Made by a program: the position numbers and the translations under genes. This document shows, in pieces, positions 1 to 9,357 of a stretch of 64,000 nt of DNA. Every line of letters starts with the position of its first letter. The stretch's first letter is position 1. The notes under the pieces were generated by a model that did not search any database, was not told where the DNA came from, and saw nothing but the letters and a program-made list of their open reading frames with translations. This DNA is from an uncultured Acidobacteriota bacterium. Its GTDB lineage: Bacteria > Acidobacteriota > Vicinamibacteria > Vicinamibacterales > UBA2999. Location of the stretch: assembly GCA_963772065.1 (NCBI GenBank), contig CAVYVZ010000007.1:212249-276248 (forward strand), written 5' to 3'.

Positions 1-2654
1 ATTTGCCCGGGGCCGCCATCGGCGGCATTCCGCCCTCCGTCGCCCAGCGATAGTCCCAGAGGAACCGGTTGTGCCCCGCTTTCGTCGTCAACACGCTCGC
101 GCCAGCGGCGGCGCGACGCGGACCACGCATGCCGGCGGCCGGCGCCCCGCTCTGCGCTCCGGCAGGCTGCACGGTCCGCACCACGCGGCCGCTCGCGTCG
201 GTGATCTCCAGCTTGAGATCCGCCGGTGCGGTGGCGGGCAGGTAGTAGTCGATCCCCAGCGACACGGGTGGGTACTGCGGAACGGTGAAGTCGCCTGGCG
301 TGGCGCCCGCGATGCCGCCGACGGTCGAATAGCGGAATCGCGCGTGTGTGCGGGGCGCCAGGATCTCGGCGCCCGAGGAGGTGCCCGCCCGCCGCGGTCA
401 TGGTCACGTCGCGACTGCCGATCCGCCGCAGCGGCGTGATGTCGTCCATGATCCAGAACGATCGCCCCATCGTTGCGATGATGAGGTCACCGCGGTGGAC
501 GCGGATGTCGGCCACCGGCGTCGCCGGCAGGTTCTGCTGCAGCGCCTGCCAGTTCCGGCCGTTGTTGAACGACACGAAGAAGCCGAACTCGGTGCCCGCG
601 TACAGCAGCCCTTCACGCTCGGGATCTTCGCGGACGACGCGCACCGGGTGATCGATCGGGATACCGTTCCTGCCATCGGTGAGCTTCGTCCAGGTGCGAC
701 CATAGTCGCTCGTCGTGTAGACGTACGGCTGCAGGTCATGCTCGCGCAGGAAGCGATACGCAGCGATGTACGCCGAGCCTTTGCGGTGTGGCGAGTCTTC
801 GATGTTCTGAATGCGCGCGCCGATCAGGTCCTTTGGCGTCACGTTCGTCCAGGTCTTGCCGGCATCGCGTGACACGTGCACCGGACCGTCGTTCGCACCG
901 GCCCACAGCACACCCTTCTCGTTGCGCGCCTCGGTAAAGGCGTAGAGCGACGAGTAGACCTCTTCACCCGTGATGTCGCGGGTGATCGGATTGCCGGGAA
1001 TGATCTGGTAATGCGGCTCGCGGGCGGTCAGATCGTCGCTGAGGCGCGTCCACGTCACACCATCATCCGTCGTCCGGTACACGCGATGCCCGCCGTGGTA
1101 GACCGTCTTCGGATCGTGCGGCGACACGTAGACGAACGACTGGCGCGGGAAGCGCTCGCGGATCTCGTCAGGGTCGTGGCCGTACCGGTTCTGCGGATAA
1201 ATCCAGTAATGCTGCTCCTGACCCGTTTCGCGGTTGTAGCGGCCGACCTCGCCCTTGCACACCCCCCAGAGGATCTTTCCGTCGGGTGTCGGCGAGACCT
1301 GCCCCGTCTCGCAGCCGGAGAACTGCATCCACGACATCGCTGCGTGGTCGAACCCCCATGCGACCGGCGGAACGCTCGGGACGGCGATCGTGCTGTTGTC
1401 CTGCTGCGGCGCGTACAGCCAGTACGGCGTCTGGTTGTCGACGGCCGCCATGTACAGCTCCGCCGTGGGCTGATTGAGGATGGTCGACCATGAACGGCCA
1501 TGATCGACCGAGACGTTGGCGCCGCCATCGTTCGACTGGATGATGTAGTCGGGATTGTCCGGGTTGAACCACATCCCCATGTTGTCGCCGTGCGGCGTCT
1601 CGACGGGCGTGAACGTCTTTCCACCGTCGGTGGACTTGTGGAGCCCGAGCTCGTTGACCCAGACCTCGTTCTCGTTCTTCGGATTCACGTCCACGTAGTG
1701 GAAGTAGAACGGCCGCGCGCGCAGGCGCTGGCTGTTGTTGACCAGGCGCCACGTCGCGCCTGCATCGTCGGACCGGTACAACCCGCCTTCGTCGCGCGGC
1801 GCTTCGACCATCGCGTAGACGACCTTCGAGTTGCTGCGTGCGATATCGATGTCGATCTTTCCGATGAGCCGCGACGGCAGGCCGCTCGAGAGCTTCGTCC
1901 ACGTCTCGCCCGCGTCGGTCGACTTGTAGATGCCGCCCTTGTCGGCGGGGCCGCCGCTGATGATGTCCCAGCCCTTACGGAAGCCGCGATACATCGCCGC
2001 GTAGAGCACGTTCGGATCGTTCTTGTCGACGGCCACGGTACGGCCGCCGTGCTCGTCGTCGACGAAGAGGGTCTTCTTCCAGGTTCGGCCGCCGTCGGTC
2101 GTCTTGAAGATGCCGCGCTCCGCGTTCGGGCCGAATGGCGAGCCGAGCGCCGCCAGCCACGCCACGTCGGGATTCGACGGATGTACCCGAACCTCTCCAA
2201 TCTGTCCGCTCTCCTTCAGACCGAGGAACTGCCACGTCTTGCCGGCATCGGTCGATTTGTAGGCGCCGCGTCCGATGATGACGTTCGAGCGGATGGCCGC
2301 GCTCCCCGTGCCGACGTACACGACGCTCGGATTCGACTCCGAGACGTCGATGGATCCGATCGATCCCGTCGCGATCTGACCGTCGCTCACGGGGGTCCAG
2401 ATGTTGCCGCACGTCTCGGTCTTCCACACACCGCCGCCCGTGGCGCCCATGTAGAACGTACACGGCTGCTGCCGAACGCCGGCGATGGCCGTGACGCGCC
2501 CGCCCCGGTGCGGCCCTACATTGCGCCACTTCAGATCCTGGTAAAGGCTCGCGTCGACGGTCGGATCGGCGTCGCGTTGTGCGACCACCCGTGGCGGATC
2601 GGCCGTGACGACGATGGCCAGGAGCAGCAGCGGAACACGGTGAGTGATGACCAT
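1..2654 (-). CDS. Sortilin/VPS10-like BNR (Asp-box) repeat beta-propeller protein; C-terminus runs off the window; apparent frame break near 384-390
   Basis: My own minus-strand translation from the ATG at 2654 gives MVITHRVPLLLLAIVV (signal peptide). Asp-box motifs follow (YKSTDAGKTW, FKTTDGGRTW). It is a paralogue of 45459..48605. It is absent from the ORF track because there is no stop inside the window. Near 384-390 the conserved sequence continues in another phase (..DVTMTAAG / GTSSGAEILAPRTHARFRY .. KAGHNRFLWDYRW). Confidence 0.85.
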   Translation of the reverse strand, partial: MVITHRVPLLLLAIVVTADPPRVVAQRDADPTVDASLYQDLKWRNVGPHRGGRVTAIAGVRQQPCTFYMGATGGGVWKTETCGNIWTPVSDGQIATGSIGSIDVSESNPSVVYVGTGSAAIRSNVIIGRGAYKSTDAGKTWQFLGLKESGQIGEVRVHPSNPDVAWLAALGSPFGPNAERGIFKTTDGGRTWKKTLFVDDEHGGRTVAVDKNDPNVLYAAMYRGFRKGWDIISGGPADKGGIYKSTDAGETWTKLSSGLPSRLIGKIDIDIARSNSKVVYAMVEAPRDEGGLYRSDDAGATWRLVNNSQRLRARPFYFHYVDVNPKNENEVWVNELGLHKSTDGGKTFTPVETPHGDNMGMWFNPDNPDYIIQSNDGGANVSVDHGRSWSTILNQPTAELYMAAVDNQTPYWLYAPQQDNSTIAVPSVPPVAWGFDHAAMSWMQFSGCETGQVSPTPDGKILWGVCKGEVGRYNRETGQEQHYWIYPQNRYGHDPDEIRERFPRQSFVYVSPHDPKTVYHGGHRVYRTTDDGVTWTRLSDDLTAREPHYQIIPGNPITRDITGEEVYSSLYAFTEARNEKGVLWAGANDGPVHVSRDAGKTWTNVTPKDLIGARIQNIEDSPHRKGSAYIAAYRFLREHDLQPYVYTTSDYGRTWTKLTDGRNGIPIDHPVRVVREDPEREGLLYAGTEFGFFVSFNNGRNWQALQQNLPATPVADIRVHRGDLIIATMGRSFWIMDDITPLRRIGSRDVTMTAAGGHLLGRRDPGAPHTRAIPLFDRRRHRGRHARRLHRSAVPTRVAGDRLLPARHRTGGSQAGDHRRERPRGADRAACRSAERGAGRRHAWSASRRRWRERVDDESGAQPVPLGLSLGDGGRNAADGGPGQ

Positions 2655-2695
2655 GCGAAACCTCTGTAAAGGCGCTGATCATATACTGCGGGCGC

Positions 2696-3607
2696 ATGGA
2701 CGGATCGACCGTATCGCGGCGGGAATTTCTCGTCTCCGCCGCCTCGCTCGCAGTCAGCAGACGAGTGCAGGCCCGCACGCGGCTCGTGCTGCTCGGCACG
2801 GCCGGTGGCCCGCGACCATCGCGCCTTCGTGCCGCGCCGGCACAGGCCATCTGCGTCGGCGACCGCACCTACCTGGTCGACTGCGGCGACGGAGTGGGCC
2901 GTCAGCTCGCGCTGGCGAACATTCCGCTGGCGACGCTGCGCGCCTTGTTCATCACGCACCAGCACTCCGACCACAACTCGGGATACGGACCGCTGCTGTC
3001 GATCGCCTGGAGCCAGCTGCAGCCGGTGCTCGAGGCCTACGGACCGCCGCCGATGGTCCAGATGACGAAGCTCTGGTTCGCCATGAACGCGTTCGATCTC
3101 GAGCTCCGGGTGTGGGACGAGGAAAGGCGGCCGCTCGGCGAGCTGGTGCGGGCGCACGACATCAGCGCCGACGGCATCGTCTTCAAGGATGATCGCGTGA
3201 CCGTTCGTGCGGCGCACAACCGGCACCCGCCCATCGAGCATTCACTCGCCTACCGCATCGAGTCGGCGGACCGCGCGATCGTCATCTCCGGGGATACGAC
3301 GTACTCGGACTCCGTGATTGCCCTCGCGAAGAACGCCGACGTGCTGGTGCACGAGGCGATCGATCGCGCCTACGTCGAGTCTGGGAAAGGTCCGTATTCT
3401 CCGGGCATCCGGCGCCATATCCTCACAACGCATACGACAACCGAAGATGTCGGCCGCGTCGCCGCCGCGGCCGGCGTCAAGACGGTCGTGCTCTCGCACA
3501 TCATCCCGAGCGACAACCCGGAGATCACCGACGAGATGTGGACGGCCGGCGTGCGCAAGCACTTCACCGGCACGGTCATCGCGGGCCGCGACCTGATGGA
3601 GATCTGA
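2696..3607 (+). CDS. MBL-fold metallo-hydrolase with twin-arginine-like signal
   Basis: ORF track, 303 aa. N-terminal SRREFLVSAASLAV. HxHxDH motif (HQHSDH) and later conserved His/Asp positions. Confidence 0.85.
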   Translation: MDGSTVSRREFLVSAASLAVSRRVQARTRLVLLGTAGGPRPSRLRAAPAQAICVGDRTYLVDCGDGVGRQLALANIPLATLRALFITHQHSDHNSGYGPLLSIAWSQLQPVLEAYGPPPMVQMTKLWFAMNAFDLELRVWDEERRPLGELVRAHDISADGIVFKDDRVTVRAAHNRHPPIEHSLAYRIESADRAIVISGDTTYSDSVIALAKNADVLVHEAIDRAYVESGKGPYSPGIRRHILTTHTTTEDVGRVAAAAGVKTVVLSHIIPSDNPEITDEMWTAGVRKHFTGTVIAGRDLMEI

Positions 3608-4248
3608 TGCGCATCCTTCTTCTCACCACGTTCGTACTCGCGCAGGCGATGCCGGCGGGCATCACGCGCACCGCCATTCTGGACAACGCGACGGTGATGG
3701 TGGCCCGGCTCACCCTCGCGCCCGGTGCGCGCGAACAGATGCACACCCACCCGTTCTCAGCCGTCGTGGTGCAGCTCGGTCCGGGGAATGTCGAAATGCG
3801 CCTCGGGCCGGCGGTCGACACGACGCGGCGGGATCTCGGGCACGTGGAGTTCATCGCGGCGGAGATGCCGCATGCGGCCGCCAACGTCGGCACGACGCCG
3901 TTCGACGTGGTCACGGTCGCCTTGAAGCCTTCCCGGCGGCGCGGAGGCGATCAGCCGCCTACCGCCGCGCGTCCCGATATCTCGCGGACGCTGATCCTCG
4001 ACAACGGCGAGGCACGCGTCGGGCGGGCCGTGTTCGAGCCTGGCGCTCGCGAAGCGGTGCACTCGCACCCGTTCGACATGGTGATCGTGCAGCTCGAGGC
4101 AGGGCGGATGGACGTGCAGGTGGGCGAGGATCGAACGGACAAGGATTACGCGGTTGGAGAGGTCGTCTTTCTCCCGCGCGACATTCCGCATTCGGTGGCG
4201 AATTCCGGCGGCCGGCCGCGAGCCATCCTGAGCGTCGCGATCAAATAG
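3607..4248 (+). CDS. Secreted bicupin (two cupin barrels)
   Basis: The in-frame ATG at 3607 overlaps the upstream stop (TGATG). MRILLLTTFVLAQA looks like a signal peptide. Two internal repeats are present (..REQMHTHPFSAVVVQLGPG.. and ..REAVHSHPFDMVIVQLEAG..). The ORF-track entry 3538..4248 starts too early. Confidence 0.75.
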   Translation: MRILLLTTFVLAQAMPAGITRTAILDNATVMVARLTLAPGAREQMHTHPFSAVVVQLGPGNVEMRLGPAVDTTRRDLGHVEFIAAEMPHAAANVGTTPFDVVTVALKPSRRRGGDQPPTAARPDISRTLILDNGEARVGRAVFEPGAREAVHSHPFDMVIVQLEAGRMDVQVGEDRTDKDYAVGEVVFLPRDIPHSVANSGGRPRAILSVAIK

Positions 4249-4252
4249 ACGC

Positions 4253-4888
4253 TCAAATAATCTCCGTTCGCGGCTCCTCCGGCGAGTCGTCGAAGATCGC
4301 TTCGGTCGAACCGAACGTCACCGTCATTCCGGCCACCAGCTTCGCAGGCGCCGTCACCCGCTTGCCGTTGACGAAGGTGCCGTTGGTGCTCCCGAGATCC
4401 TCGAGTGTCGCCGCGGAGTCCTGGACCGTGATGCGTGCGTGGCGTCGCGAGACATCGGTCGAATCCAGCCGCACCGCACAGTCCACCGACCGGCCCACGA
4501 GGTTCTCGCCGTTGGCGAGCACGATGACGCGGCCGTCCACAATCAGACGGCAGCTGCCCCTCGCCGTCAGCTCCACGCCGCCTTCCGGAACGAACGCGTA
4601 GCCGAAACCGTGCACGGTCCGGATGTACCGGGGCTCTCGCGCCGACTCTCCGAGCGCCGCCCGGAGGTCGAACACGAGGGCCGTCAGACTCGCATCCGAC
4701 ACGAACACCCCCGGCCAGATGTGCTCGTAAATCTCCTCTTTCGGCACCGGGCGGGGCCGCCGATCTACCAGCAACGCCAGCAGTTCCAGGGCTTTAGGGG
4801 TCAGGTGCACCGGTGTCCGGCGGCGGACCAGCAGCCGCACCGCCGGGTCGAAGACGAACTCGCCGAACGCAATAGGACCGGGCACCAA
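4253..4888 (-). CDS. OmpR/PhoB-type winged-helix DNA-binding domain fused to a C-terminal FHA domain
   Basis: ORF track, 211 aa. The N-terminus has the trans_reg_C pattern (LTPKALELLALLV..YIRTVHGFGYAFV). The C-terminus has the FHA pattern (LVGRS..CAVRL..VSRRHARI..LEDLGSTNGTFVNG). Confidence 0.8.
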   Translation of the reverse strand: MVPGPIAFGEFVFDPAVRLLVRRRTPVHLTPKALELLALLVDRRPRPVPKEEIYEHIWPGVFVSDASLTALVFDLRAALGESAREPRYIRTVHGFGYAFVPEGGVELTARGSCRLIVDGRVIVLANGENLVGRSVDCAVRLDSTDVSRRHARITVQDSAATLEDLGSTNGTFVNGKRVTAPAKLVAGMTVTFGSTEAIFDDSPEEPRTEII

Positions 4889-5002
4889 GGAATTCTAAGC
4901 CGAGCGCCGTCCGCCTTACACCGGGCCGTCATACGGAAAAAGTAATGTTTCCATGAGGACATCCAGCCGGTTCTTGCGTACCTTCTGAGGCAATAGAAGG
5001 AA

Positions 5003-5527
5003 ATGCACATGTCGATGCAGGTCATAGGAGCGGCCGCCATGAGCGGAATCATTGACGACGAACGCAACGAATGGCGCAGGCGCGCGCCGGGCCCCCCGAT
5101 AGGTGTCGAGTTCGAGGCGGACTTGCAGTGCGCGCTGACCAACACCTCGCCGGTGCTCATTACCGGACCGTCCGAGTTTGCCGAGGAGCTCGCGACGCGA
5201 ATCCACCGTTACGGTTTGAACGGGCGAGGGGCATTTCTGACAATCGACTGCGGCCGGACGCACGGGCCCGAGCAGCTCGAGGTGATATTCGAGACCGCCG
5301 CGCCCCGCGGCACGGTCTTCCTTCGCGACGTCGATCGCCTCACGCCGGCGCTGCAGATGGCGCTGTACATCCGGATGGCTCCGCTTGGCGTGCGCGTGAT
5401 CGCGGCGACGTCAGAGAGCCTCCTGACTGCGGCCGCCAAGGGAAACTTCGACGAGCGTCTGTTCTATCGCCTGAATCAGATCCATCTCATGGCCTCACCA
5501 GCGAGCGACCGCTTCCCGGCCGCATAG
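5003..5527 (+). CDS. Degenerate sigma54-activator-type AAA+ domain protein (no Walker A lysine, no GAFTGA loop, no HTH)
   Basis: ORF track, 174 aa. VLITGPSEFAEELATRIH aligns by eye to the enhancer-binding-protein Walker A region VLITGESGTGKE. GTVFLRDVDRL aligns to GTLFLDEI. VRVIAATSESL..GNFDERLFYRLN aligns to VRVIAATNRDL..GRFREDLYYRLN. The start could instead be the ATG at 5009. Confidence 0.6.
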   Translation: MHMSMQVIGAAAMSGIIDDERNEWRRRAPGPPIGVEFEADLQCALTNTSPVLITGPSEFAEELATRIHRYGLNGRGAFLTIDCGRTHGPEQLEVIFETAAPRGTVFLRDVDRLTPALQMALYIRMAPLGVRVIAATSESLLTAAAKGNFDERLFYRLNQIHLMASPASDRFPAA

Positions 5528-5536
5528 AATGGGCAG

Positions 5537-6926
5537 GTGCCCGAGTTCCACGCAGAACCATATCTGCACCTCGCGGGTCTCTCCCACAAAACAGCACTGA
5601 TCACCTGGGGCGCCTTTTACTTCAAGACGCGCTCCAGGGGCGGATGGAAGCTCGTAGACGACAGCGACCTCCGCTACGTCCATCCCCCGCGCCGCGAGAG
5701 CATCGGCGCGCGGTCGGATCCGTACGGACCGGCGCGCGTGAACGTCTACGACATGCAGGGCGCGCTCGTGTCGACCACGTTCGTCGAGACCTGCAACTAC
5801 TGCTGGGTGGCCGGCCTCGCGCCCGATACCCGCTATCGCTATGAAGTGATCGTCAAGGACGAGATGCTGGGCAGAGGGCGAGCGCTGGGACTGGTCGACG
5901 GGCGAGAGCCAGGGGCTCGCGCAGCGCGACAGCCGGTACGTGAATGAGTTCCGGACGCATCCCGATCCACTCCTGGAGCCCACGGAGCCGTTCACGTTCA
6001 TCGTGCTCGGCGACTACGGCACGGGAATCCGCAGGAGCACGCCGAAGCGCCGCCAACGTGAGATTGCGCTCGCGATGGAGCAGACGTTCGCCACGCACGA
6101 CGTGCGGCTGATCATCACGGCCGGCGACAACATCTACGCCGGCAATCGCATCCTCGGCATTCCGGTTGGCGCGCAGGGCGACGAAGACGACGACTGGTTC
6201 TTCACGTTCTTTCAGCCGTATCGCTACATGGTGAACCGGATTCCCGTGTACCCGTGCATCGGCAACCACGACAGCGGAGAGACCGAGGATCGCGACGACC
6301 GCGATCAGCTGGTCGACAACATGTATCTGAAGGAGCGTCTCGCCAACGACGAATCCGCCGGCCGCGCCTCCGTCGATCCCGGGTTGTTCTATCGATTCCG
6401 GTTCGGGCGTGACGTGGAGTTCATCTGCCTCGACACGTCGAAGGAGACCTTCTGGCGCCGGGGGCGCCTCTTCGAGTACCCGAAGCACTGGGAATGGATC
6501 GAGCAGACGTTCGCCGACAAGGGCTCGCGCTGGCGGATTGTGTTCTGCCATCACCCGCCGTTCTGCGCCGGCCCACAGCATTCGAACACCGATCACATGG
6601 AGAAACTCCTGCCGCTCTTCGCGCGCGGCGGAGCGCGCGTCGTCTTCAGCGGTCACGAGCACAACTTTCAGCACTCGCACCACGGGGGGATCGACTATTT
6701 CGTCACGGGCGCGGGCAGCAAAGTGCGCAAGGGAACGCCGACCGGCTTCGAGCGCGCGCATACCGTCTCCTGGTCCGACAACGCACACTTCCTCCTCGTC
6801 ACCATCGACGGCGACGACATGCTCGTCCGGCCGATTGGAGAACCTGTCGACGGGAAGGTGGAGGACATTCCCCGCTACTCTCCCGCGCTCGAGAAAGTCA
6901 CCGGTCCGCTGCTCATACACCTGTAG
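5537..6926 (+). CDS. Purple-acid-phosphatase-like metallophosphoesterase (FN3-like N-domain plus calcineurin-like domain); frame break near 5864-5868
   Basis: ORF 5537..5947 carries the N-domain (ALITWGAFYF..TRYRYEV). The protein continues in the phase of ORF 5940..6926 (WAEGERWDW..FIVLGDYGTG..TAGDNIYA..GNHD..HHPPF..GHEHNFQH). No signal peptide is seen. Confidence 0.8.
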
Positions 6927-6996
6927 AGCTCCCCGACTCCCGCCGAGGCCGGCATTGACGTTGCACCGTCGAGCATGGCTCTCTGGAGGATCGGAA

Positions 6997-7564
6997 ATGG
7001 CTGAAGTGTTCCTCTCATTCGACGCGCCGGTGACAGACGACTCTGGGACGTACCACGCTCGCGTCGTGGGACGCCGCGCTGATGACGGAATGTGGGAAGG
7101 CTGGCTGGAGTTCGATCCAATCGATCACACCGCCGAGACGGTCGTCGGACCCGTGGAATCGCGGCAGCCCGAGCGCGAGCACCTGACCTACTGGGCAACG
7201 GGCCTCACGCCTGTGTATCTCGAGGGTGCCTTGCGGCGGGCGCGGCGCCCAATCCTCGGTACGGACCCGTGTGGCCGAAGAGCCGGTTTCCGACGCGCCC
7301 GCGCCACGTGCGGTGGTCGTTCCCGTGTCACCGCACGTGCTGCACCGCGAAGCGGTGCTGGATCCGTTCGAAGTCGCGCGTCAGAGCGGGCTCGAGGTGC
7401 TCGAGCAGGAGCTCCACGCTCTCAACAGGCCGCGCCTGCTGAACATCATTGCGGAGTACGAGCTGAACCCCGGCAGCGAGGACATTACCTGGATGACCGA
7501 CGCGCAGCTCGTGCGCTTTATCGTGGTAGCCGTGGAGACGCAGCTGCTCAATCGGGTGAGGTAG
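6997..7564 (+). CDS. Conserved hypothetical protein (WEGWLEF..YWATGLTPVYLEGAL family); probable frame break between 7235 and 7275
   Basis: ATG at 6997 is preceded by GGAGGA. The first half lies in the phase of ORF 6409..7620 (MAEVFLSFDAPVTDDSGTYHARV..). The second half is ORF 7226..7564 (..VAEEPVSD..LDPFEVARQSGLEVLEQELHAL..). Two overlapping genes instead of one is an alternative reading. Confidence 0.55.
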
Positions 7565-7668
7565 GACTCGTAGTCCGTAGTCCGTGGTCCGTCAGATCGC
7601 GAAGAACGAAGGACAAGTGATTTGACGAACTACGGTCTACGGACTACGGACAACGGGTACGAGTGTCC
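7565..7668. repeat. Periodic-stem palindrome, unit GTAGTCC (left arm 7569-7593, right arm 7625-7651, outer pairing to 7668)
   Basis: Left arm is cgtagtccgtagtccgtggtccgtc. The reverse complement of the right arm is gtccgtagtccgtagaccgtagttcgtc. Thirteen consecutive matches are followed by scattered mismatches. The right arm encodes the last codons and the stop of the minus-strand gene 7630..8025. Confidence 0.85.
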
Positions 7669-8025
7669 GCAGGACGCCGCGAGGTGACGCATCGACGAGG
7701 CGCGCATCTCGCCGTCATGGACGGAGCCGGTCATCGAGACGCGGTGCCCGACGTGATCCTTCAGCTTCAGCTTCTTCGACGCGTCGACGATGTCGAGGTC
7801 GCTGTTTCTCTTGCGGATGAAGCCCGTCTTCCAGCTCCGCTCCTTCGGCGCCTGGGCGCCGTTCGTCTCCCTCAGCCGGTATGCCGCGTCATCGCGCTCC
7901 AGACAGCCAGAGACGGTCACCGGCGTCGCCACGGCCGCCTTCTCCTTGGCCTTGGCGCTGGCGCCAGCAACCACGGTCGCGTTGACGGCGCAGACGACGA
8001 TCGCAGCGATGGTATTGAAACGCAT
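7630..8025 (-). CDS. Small secreted protein of unknown function
   Basis: ORF track 7630..8040. The likely start is the internal M (MRFNTIAAIVVCAVNATVVAGASA, a signal peptide). The C-terminal SVVRRP-stop is encoded by the palindrome arm. Confidence 0.6.
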   Translation of the reverse strand: MRFNTIAAIVVCAVNATVVAGASAKAKEKAAVATPVTVSGCLERDDAAYRLRETNGAQAPKERSWKTGFIRKRNSDLDIVDASKKLKLKDHVGHRVSMTGSVHDGEMRASSMRHLAASCGHSYPLSVVRRP

Positions 8026-8109
8026 GCAGCCTTCCTCCACACCGGGAGGGGCAAATGGAGTGCCCGGATTGCAAAGCTGCTAAGTAGCTGCAAATCTGGC
8101 ACGTTGACG

Positions 8110-8134
8110 CGGCCCGCCGGGCGCCGGCGGGCCG
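8110..8134 (-). terminator. GC-rich hairpin about 30 nt downstream of the serine-hydrolase gene (putative intrinsic terminator without a clear U-tract)
   Basis: cggcccgccgg-gcg-ccggcgggccg forms a perfect 11-bp stem with a 3-nt loop. No strong U-run follows on the minus strand, so termination activity is only inferred. Confidence 0.35.
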
Positions 8135-8163
8135 GTGCGCTATCAGTTTTGTAATCGAAGTAA

Positions 8164-9342
8164 CTACTGCGGTTGTGTCGCCGGGGGCCGGATCGCTCCG
8201 ACAACCTTGCCCAGGAACTGGTCGAGGGCATCGCCTCCGCCGATCCAGCGGACCACCACGACGAGATCGTTCTGCCAGTCGACGTAGATGATGTTGGCGC
8301 CGTTGCCGCGGAACGTGACGCTCGACTCGGGAACCGAAGGCAGCGGTTTACGCGCCGTGTTGAGATACCAGTTCATGTACCCGTAATCGGCATTCGCCGA
8401 CCCGGGCGTGCGCGCCATCTGGATCCATTTCTCCGACACGAGCTGCTTGTCTCTCCATCTGCCGTTCCGGAGAAAGAGGTAGCCGAAGCGCGCCATGTCC
8501 CAGGCATTGATGAACATGCCGCCGCCCCAGTGGCCGCCGCCGGTCATCGACTGAATTTTCCGGCCATCGAGCTCGATCCAGGAGTTCTCGTACCCGTGCC
8601 AGCGCCAAGTGCTCGACGCGCCAATGGGCTCCATGATTTCATCGCGCAGCACGTCGGGAAGCGGACGCCTCAACACGTGCAGGGCCGCGAGCGCAAGAAC
8701 GTTCACGCGCACGTCGTTGTACTCGAACCGCGTTCCCGCCTCGTATCGCTTCGGCTCGGCCCACTGATTGCGCTCGCCTTCGGGTCGATCCGCCCAATCG
8801 GGCTTGCCCCACAGCGTGCCCTTCCAATCGCTCGTCTGACGCAGCAGGTGGTCCCACGCGATTCCCTGGTTGTGCGGATCCTCGAAGAGATCGACGCCGG
8901 GCGGCATGTAGTCGCGCACTTTATGGTTCACATCGCCGATGAGCCCCTTGTGCCACGCGAGGCCGACGACAGTGGACAGAAACGTCTTCGTGACGCTGAA
9001 CGTCATGTCCACGGCCTTCGTGTCGCCCCATTCCGCCACCACGTAGCCATTGCGGATGACAACGCCGTTGGTGGCGGCGCGCGGCTTCAGCGGGCCGATC
9101 GGATTGTCGAAGGGCTCGTTCGCGCCGAAGCTGATCGCGTGCGCAATCGTGAGGTCCTTGGGCGCCGGGTTCTCCCTCGCGATCGCGATCTTGATCGCCT
9201 CGTCGAGCGTCGCGGCATCCATTCCCGCCTGCGCAGGCGCGCGGCGCTGCCACTCGAAGCGTTCGGGGAAATAGCGGGGTTGCGCGAAGGCGCTCGATGC
9301 CTGGGTGACCAGAAGAACGGCGAGGAGGATGCGGGCGTTCAT
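8164..9342 (-). CDS. Secreted serine hydrolase, beta-lactamase/PBP (class C-like) family
   Basis: ORF track, 392 aa. Signal peptide MNARILLAVLLVTQASSAFA. SxxK motif (SVTK) and YxN motif (YND). Confidence 0.85.
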   Translation of the reverse strand: MNARILLAVLLVTQASSAFAQPRYFPERFEWQRRAPAQAGMDAATLDEAIKIAIARENPAPKDLTIAHAISFGANEPFDNPIGPLKPRAATNGVVIRNGYVVAEWGDTKAVDMTFSVTKTFLSTVVGLAWHKGLIGDVNHKVRDYMPPGVDLFEDPHNQGIAWDHLLRQTSDWKGTLWGKPDWADRPEGERNQWAEPKRYEAGTRFEYNDVRVNVLALAALHVLRRPLPDVLRDEIMEPIGASSTWRWHGYENSWIELDGRKIQSMTGGGHWGGGMFINAWDMARFGYLFLRNGRWRDKQLVSEKWIQMARTPGSANADYGYMNWYLNTARKPLPSVPESSVTFRGNGANIIYVDWQNDLVVVVRWIGGGDALDQFLGKVVGAIRPPATQPQ

Positions 9343-9357
9343 GGGGATCTCCAGACT

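Noticed and set aside
5940-6926. The GTG-start ORF 5940..6926 as an independent phosphoesterase gene, and likewise 36805..37098, 43193..43558, 32228..33133, 38833..39726 and 15731..16060
   Set aside because: In each case the same frame is open and conserved upstream of the reported start and continues a domain begun in the neighbouring ORF. These are fragments of single genes, not separate genes.
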